DNA of 64,000 nucleotides from an uncultured Symbiopectobacterium sp. (GTDB lineage Bacteria; Pseudomonadota; Gammaproteobacteria; Enterobacterales; Enterobacteriaceae): NCBI GenBank assembly GCA_964293225.1, contig CAXYYB010000008.1, positions 12,407 to 76,406 of the forward strand, read 5' to 3'. Shown piece by piece: positions 60,201 to 64,000 of this stretch (position 1 is its first letter; each line of letters starts with the position of its first letter). The notes under the pieces were generated by a model. It saw only the letters and a program-made list of their open reading frames with translations, ran no database searches and was not told where the DNA came from. The position numbers and the translations under genes were made by a program.

Positions 60201-61672
60201 AATGGGGTGTCATCACCCATTGAACCTGTCGCTTCCTGGCCGTTTTCGCCCAGTACGCGCACAATCTGGTCCAGCTCTTCGCTGCTGTAACCGAACTGCT
60301 TCTGGTAGGTTTCCAGCAGGCTGTCATCCAGCTTACGGCTGCCAACCTGATCGTCTGGCAGCTCTTCAAACGGCACCAGACGCTTGACGTTGCGTTCCAT
60401 CCACTCTTTGTACGGGTGGCGGCCTTTGAGGTCGTTGTCGGTTTCGTTGGAGTGCAGAATGCGGCCTTCTAGGGTATCGATAACCATCAGTTCGCCGGGG
60501 CCAACGCGACCTTTTTCCACCACTTCGTCCGGCTGATAATCCCAAATCCCCACTTCGGAGGCACAGGTGATCAGCTTGTCTTTGGTGATGACGTAGCGCG
60601 CCGGGCGCAGGCCGTTACGGTCCAGGTTACAGGCCGCATAGCGACCATCGGACATAACGATACCGGCCGGGCCATCCCACGGCTCCATGTGCATGGAGTT
60701 AAAGTCAAAGAATGAACGCAGTTCCGGGTCCATGTCTGGGTTGTTCTGCCAGGCGGGCGGCACCAGCAAGCGCATGGCGCGCACGATATCCATCCCGCCG
60801 CTCAGGAACAGCTCCAGCATGTTATCCAACGAGCTGGAGTCAGAGCCGGTTTCGTTAACGAACGGTGCGGCATCTTGCAGATCGGGGATCAGCGGCGTTT
60901 TAAATTTATAGGCACGTGCCCGCGCCCATTGACGGTTACCGGCAATGGTGTTGATTTCACCGTTGTGCGCCAGATAGCGGAACGGCTGGGCCAGCGGCCA
61001 GCGCGGCACGGTGTTGGTGGAGAAGCGTTGGTGGAACAGGCAGATGGCCGATTCCAGGCGCAAATCCGCCAGGTCCAGGTAAAAGCGCGGCAAATCCGCC
61101 GGCATACACAGACCTTTATAGATGTTGATCAGGTTGGAGAAGCTACAGACGTAGAACTCTTTATCCTGAATACGCTTTTCAATACGGCGGCGCGCCATGA
61201 ACAAGCGGCGCTCCATATCGCGCGGCGACCATCCCGCCGGGGCGTTGACAAAAATCTGTTCGATACGCGGCAGTGAGGAGAGTGCAATTTCACCGAGCAC
61301 GTCTGGGTTGGTGGGCACTTCGCGCCATCCCAGTACGGACAAGGTTTCATTTTGCAGTTCTTCTTCCACAATGCGACGCGCCGCACGGGCCAGATCCTGG
61401 TCTTGATTGAGGAACATCATGCCCACGGCGTAGTTCTTCGCCAACCGCCAGCCGTGCTCTTCGGCCACCAGTCGGTAGAAACGATCGGGTTTTTGTAATA
61501 ACAAGCCGCAGCCGTCGCCGGTTTTGCCGTCAGCAAGGATCGCGCCACGGTGCTGCATACGGGCCAGTGCGTGAATCGCAGTACGCACGACCTTGTGGCT
61601 CGGTTCACCTTCTATATGGGCGATCAATCCGAAACCACAGTTGTCTCTCTCTTGGGATGCATCGTACAACAT
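57212..61672 (-). CDS. gltB: glutamate synthase large subunit
   Basis: 1486 aa: MLYDASQERDNCGFGLIAHIEGEPSHKVVRTAIHALARMQHRGA... Confidence 0.99.
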   Translation of the reverse strand: MLYDASQERDNCGFGLIAHIEGEPSHKVVRTAIHALARMQHRGAILADGKTGDGCGLLLQKPDRFYRLVAEEHGWRLAKNYAVGMMFLNQDQDLARAARRIVEEELQNETLSVLGWREVPTNPDVLGEIALSSLPRIEQIFVNAPAGWSPRDMERRLFMARRRIEKRIQDKEFYVCSFSNLINIYKGLCMPADLPRFYLDLADLRLESAICLFHQRFSTNTVPRWPLAQPFRYLAHNGEINTIAGNRQWARARAYKFKTPLIPDLQDAAPFVNETGSDSSSLDNMLELFLSGGMDIVRAMRLLVPPAWQNNPDMDPELRSFFDFNSMHMEPWDGPAGIVMSDGRYAACNLDRNGLRPARYVITKDKLITCASEVGIWDYQPDEVVEKGRVGPGELMVIDTLEGRILHSNETDNDLKGRHPYKEWMERNVKRLVPFEELPDDQVGSRKLDDSLLETYQKQFGYSSEELDQIVRVLGENGQEATGSMGDDTPFAVLSSRPRIIYDYFRQQFAQVTNPPIDPLREAHVMSLATCIGREMNVFCEAEGQAHRLSFKSPILLYSDFTQLLTQDQQHYRAETLDLTFDPREKSLQQTVEALCEEAERKVREGAVLLVLSDRAISEHRLPVPAPMAVGAIQHRLVEKSLRCDANLIVETASARDPHHFAVLLGFGATAIYPYLAYESLARLVDNHTIEKPYRTVMLNYRNGINKGLYKIMSKMGISTIASYRCSKLFEAVGLHKELSALCFHGVVSRIGGANFDDFEQDLQNLAKRAWLKRKTLEQGGLLKFVYDGEYHAYNPDVVNSLQQAVKSGEYSDYLTYAKHVNERPVATLRDLLAIKPQEGVAIPVDDVEPASELFKRFDTAAMSIGALSPEAHESLAEAMNTIGGNSNSGEGGEDPARYGTNKVSRIKQVASGRFGVTPAYLVNADVIQIKVAQGAKPGEGGQLPGDKVTPYIARLRYSVPGVTLISPPPHHDIYSIEDLAQLIFDLKQVNPKAMISVKLVSEPGVGTIATGVAKAYADLITIAGYDGGTGASPLSSVKYAGCPWELGLVETQQALVANGLRHKIRLQVDGGLKTGVDIIKAAILGAESFGFGTGPMVALGCKYLRICHLNNCATGVATQDDKLRRDHYHGLPERVINYFNFIAQETRLLMAELGVSQLVDLIGRTDLLVELDGFTAKQNKLDLSALLQTAQPQPGKALYCTESNPPFDDGLLNKALLSQAQPHIAAKQSKALYFDIRNTDRSVGATLSGAIAAQHGDQGLASDPIKANFSGTAGQSFGVWNAGGVELTLTGDANDYVGKGMAGGCISVRPPVGSAFRSHEASIIGNTCLYGATGGKLFAAGRAGERFGVRNSGAITVVEGIGDNGCEYMTGGIVCVLGRTGVNFGAGMTGGFAYVLDEDGEFRKRVNPELVEVLSVDDLAIHEEHLRGLITEHVQHTGSQRGEEILANWPVWASRFALVKPKSSDVKALLGHRSRSAAELRVQAQ

Positions 61673-62344
61673 ATCTCAGTGAACCTCCCCAGGCTCTGTG
61701 TGACTCTCACAACCTACTTCGTTCGGCACCGTGGCGTTGAACGGTGGCGGATGACGGGGTCGCGCATCCTGCCGTTCTCTTCTTCGGCCTCTCGTGACGG
61801 TCTTACAAGTGGACTATGACTTGCTTTAAGAGGGAGTCTTTCTTTTCTAACTGCATAAATATGACGAGTCGCGGACTCGTCGGGAAAGCTTCCAGCGGAC
61901 TCCCAAATTAGCGAGAAAGCCAGTTCAGGTCAAATATCAATGCGAAATGTGCGATTAAGGGATAATTTTTAGTTATGATTATGAAAATAAATGATTTTTT
62001 TGAGAAAATCCTCGTTGGGCTGCGCGTTGGTGGCCGAATGAAGTGTGAGCTGTATCACTATGCAAAAGCGTGAACATCTCGTCACCCTGCTGCGTTATCT
62101 CTACGTTATAGAATATTCTGCTGCGGATATCCACTTTTAGATTTAATGAAACTCTTTTTAAGTAACGCTTCATCTTTTCATGGCGCGAACGTAAGGGATT
62201 AGAAACTTTAATCAGCGTGGATATGAGTTTATTTTCACTAAAAGCGAATAAAAATGCATTTCATTGGGGGCGTGATTGATCGCGGTCATCGCGAACGCAG
62301 GAAGAGAAGGGTAGTCTGCTTTCCCTCAGGGGATAGGTTAGAAT

Positions 62345-63277
62345 ATGCAATTGCAAAAATTAATCAATATGTTTGGCGGGGATTTGCAACGTCGTTATGG
62401 TGAAAAGATTCATAAACTGACGCTGCACGGCGGATTCAACTGCCCAAATCGGGATGGTACGCTCGGGCGAGGCGGTTGCACATTCTGCAATGTGGCCTCT
62501 TTTGCCGATGAGGCCATGCAACGCCAAAGCATCGCCGATCAGCTCAGCACGCAGGCGGGCAAAGTCAATCGCGCTAAGCGCTATCTGGCCTATTTTCAAG
62601 CCTATACCAGCACCTATGGCGAAGTGCAGATGTTGGATCGGCTTTATCAGGAGGCGTTGCAACAAGCCGATATCGTTGGCCTGTGCGTGGGCACGCGCCC
62701 CGATTGCGTACCGGACAGCGTGCTGGATCTGTTGGCGGGTTACCACGCGCAAGGCTATGAGGTGTGGCTGGAACTGGGGCTACAGAGCGCCTGGGATAAA
62801 ACGCTTCATCGTATCAATCGCGGTCACGATTTTGCCTGCTATCAGGAAACGGTGCAGCGTGCGCATCAACGCGGTTTGCGCGTGTGCTGCCACCTGATTG
62901 TCGGGTTGCCGGGCGAGGATGCCGAGCACTGCATGACGACGCTGCAACGTGTGGTGGATACCGGCGTTGAAGGCATCAAGCTTCACCCTCTGCATATTGT
63001 CGACGGCAGCATTATGGCTAAGTCCTGGCGCGCCGGGCGTCTTTGCGAATTGCCGCTGGACACCTACGTCACCACGGCTGGCGAGATGATTCGCCATACG
63101 CCCCCCGAGGTGGTGTTTCATCGTATTTCTGCCAGCGCCCGGCGGCCGACGCTGCTGGCTCCGCTCTGGTGCGAAAACCGTTGGACCGGGATGGTGGAAT
63201 TGGATTTATATCTTCAGACGCACGGGGTGCAAGGCTCCGCGCTCGGTCAGCCATATCAACCGGTTATCCTCGGATAA
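62345..63277 (+). CDS. yhcC: radical SAM protein YhcC
   Basis: 310 aa: MQLQKLINMFGGDLQRRYGEKIHKLTLHGGFNCPNRDGTLGRGGCTFCN... It is divergent from gltB and upstream of arcB. Confidence 0.93.
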   Translation: MQLQKLINMFGGDLQRRYGEKIHKLTLHGGFNCPNRDGTLGRGGCTFCNVASFADEAMQRQSIADQLSTQAGKVNRAKRYLAYFQAYTSTYGEVQMLDRLYQEALQQADIVGLCVGTRPDCVPDSVLDLLAGYHAQGYEVWLELGLQSAWDKTLHRINRGHDFACYQETVQRAHQRGLRVCCHLIVGLPGEDAEHCMTTLQRVVDTGVEGIKLHPLHIVDGSIMAKSWRAGRLCELPLDTYVTTAGEMIRHTPPEVVFHRISASARRPTLLAPLWCENRWTGMVELDLYLQTHGVQGSALGQPYQPVILG

Positions 63278-63362
63278 TGTTAACGCGTTGTGGTGATTGT
63301 CTCACCGCATCGTGCTGTGTTTTGCGTTATGATGGCGCGGTGGGTATCCAAGGGAATTCTCT

Positions 63363-64000
63363 ATGAAGCAGATCCGGTTGTTGGCGCAGTACTACGTCGA
63401 TTTGATGGTAAAGCTCGGGCTGGTGCGTTTTTCACTGTTGCTGGCCTCGGTGCTGGTATTGCTGGCGATGGCCGTGCAGATGGCAGTCACGCTACTGCTG
63501 ACCGGCAAGGTCGAAGACATCGATGTGGTTCGTTCCGTGTTTTTTGGCTTGTTAATCACCCCCTGGGCGGTTTATTTCCTCTCCGTGGTGGTGGATCAGT
63601 TAGAGGAGTCGCGCCAACGTCTGGCTAAGCTGGTGGCAAAGCTGGAGGAGATGCGCCTGCGCGACCAGACGCTGAACGAACAGCTCAAGGGCAATATTGC
63701 CCAGCTCAATCAGGAGATTGCCGATCGCGAAAAAGCGGAAGAGGCGCGCCTGATAATGCTGAGCAAGCTCAAAGAGGAAATTGCCGGACGCGAACAGGCG
63801 CAGGTGGAACTGGAGCAACAATCCGCGCTGTTACGATCGTTTCTCGATGCCTCGCCAGATCTGGTTTACTACCGCAATGAAAATAAAGAGTTTTCCGGCT
63901 GTAACCGCGCCATGGAACTGCTGTTGGGCCGCAGCCAGAAACAGCTGGTGGGCCTGACACCAAAAGATGTTTACACCCCCGATGTCGCGGAAAAAGTGAT
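63363..64000 (+). CDS. arcB: aerobic respiration control sensor kinase ArcB, N-terminal 212 codons (continues past the window edge)
   Basis: My own translation from ATG 63363 gives MKQIRLLAQYYVDLMVKLGLVRFSLLLASVLVLLAMAVQMAV...FFGLLITPWAVYFLSVVVDQLEESRQRLAKLV...LLRSFLDASPDLVYYRNENKEFSGCNRAMELL. It is not in the ORF track because no stop codon falls within the window. Confidence 0.95.
   Translation, partial: MKQIRLLAQYYVDLMVKLGLVRFSLLLASVLVLLAMAVQMAVTLLLTGKVEDIDVVRSVFFGLLITPWAVYFLSVVVDQLEESRQRLAKLVAKLEEMRLRDQTLNEQLKGNIAQLNQEIADREKAEEARLIMLSKLKEEIAGREQAQVELEQQSALLRSFLDASPDLVYYRNENKEFSGCNRAMELLLGRSQKQLVGLTPKDVYTPDVAEKV

Noticed and set aside
61979-62173. 64-aa minus-strand ORF inside the gltB-yhcC intergenic region.
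   Set aside because: It lies in AT-rich promoter DNA. I see no recognisable SD or motif, and an ORF of this size is expected by chance in AT-rich sequence. I would reconsider it only with expression data.

Overview
This 64-kb window is a chromosomal segment from a member of the Enterobacterales with G+C in the mid-50s percent by eye. I cannot resolve the genus without a search. About 90% of it is a well-known, fully intact housekeeping neighbourhood. In window order it runs: fis-dusB-prmA-panF-yhdT-accC-accB-aroQ (minus), msrQ-msrP (minus), csrD-mreBCD-yhdE-rng-yhdP-tldD (plus), aaeR / aaeXAB, yjgA / pmbA / rnk, ptsO-rapZ-ptsN-hpf-rpoN-lptBAC-kdsCD-yrbG (minus), mlaFEDCB-ibaG-murA (plus), degS-degQ and zapG (minus), zapE, rplM-rpsI, sspAB (plus), gltD-gltB (minus), and yhcC-arcB (plus; arcB runs off the right edge and is absent from the ORF track). 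Protein lengths match the E. coli orthologues as I remember them once the over-extended ORF-track starts are trimmed. There are four non-core patches. (i) 1-3.6 kb holds a binding-protein / amidase / HTH-isochorismatase-like cluster plus a PanE-family reductase. (ii) 3.6-5.0 kb is a decay scar: a 5'-truncated family-5 binding-protein gene abuts a C-terminal fragment of a phage large terminase. An AT-rich islet follows, with a perfect 21-bp inverted repeat and a small Cys-rich HNH-like ORF. (iii) 26.5-27.4 kb is a strongly AT-rich single-gene islet between tldD and aaeR. (iv) 34.0-34.3 kb is a small orphan ORF after pmbA. I see no rRNA, tRNA, CRISPR array, IS element, intact prophage or multi-gene defence-like cassette, so I cannot point to a multi-component novel system. 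The best candidate for new biology is the 286-aa islet protein. Its N-terminus reproduces the WEK(I/M)xxFF-type translocation module of Salmonella SPI-2 effectors, and its C-terminal two thirds match nothing I can name. Secondary items are a MerR-HTH::isochorismatase-like fusion whose catalytic Cys (and probably Lys) positions appear substituted, a Gly/Ser-rich insertion in the DegS LD loop, and several unexplained palindromes and repeats in intergenic spacers. All homology statements come from reading the translations and from memory of the families. None has been verified by a search.
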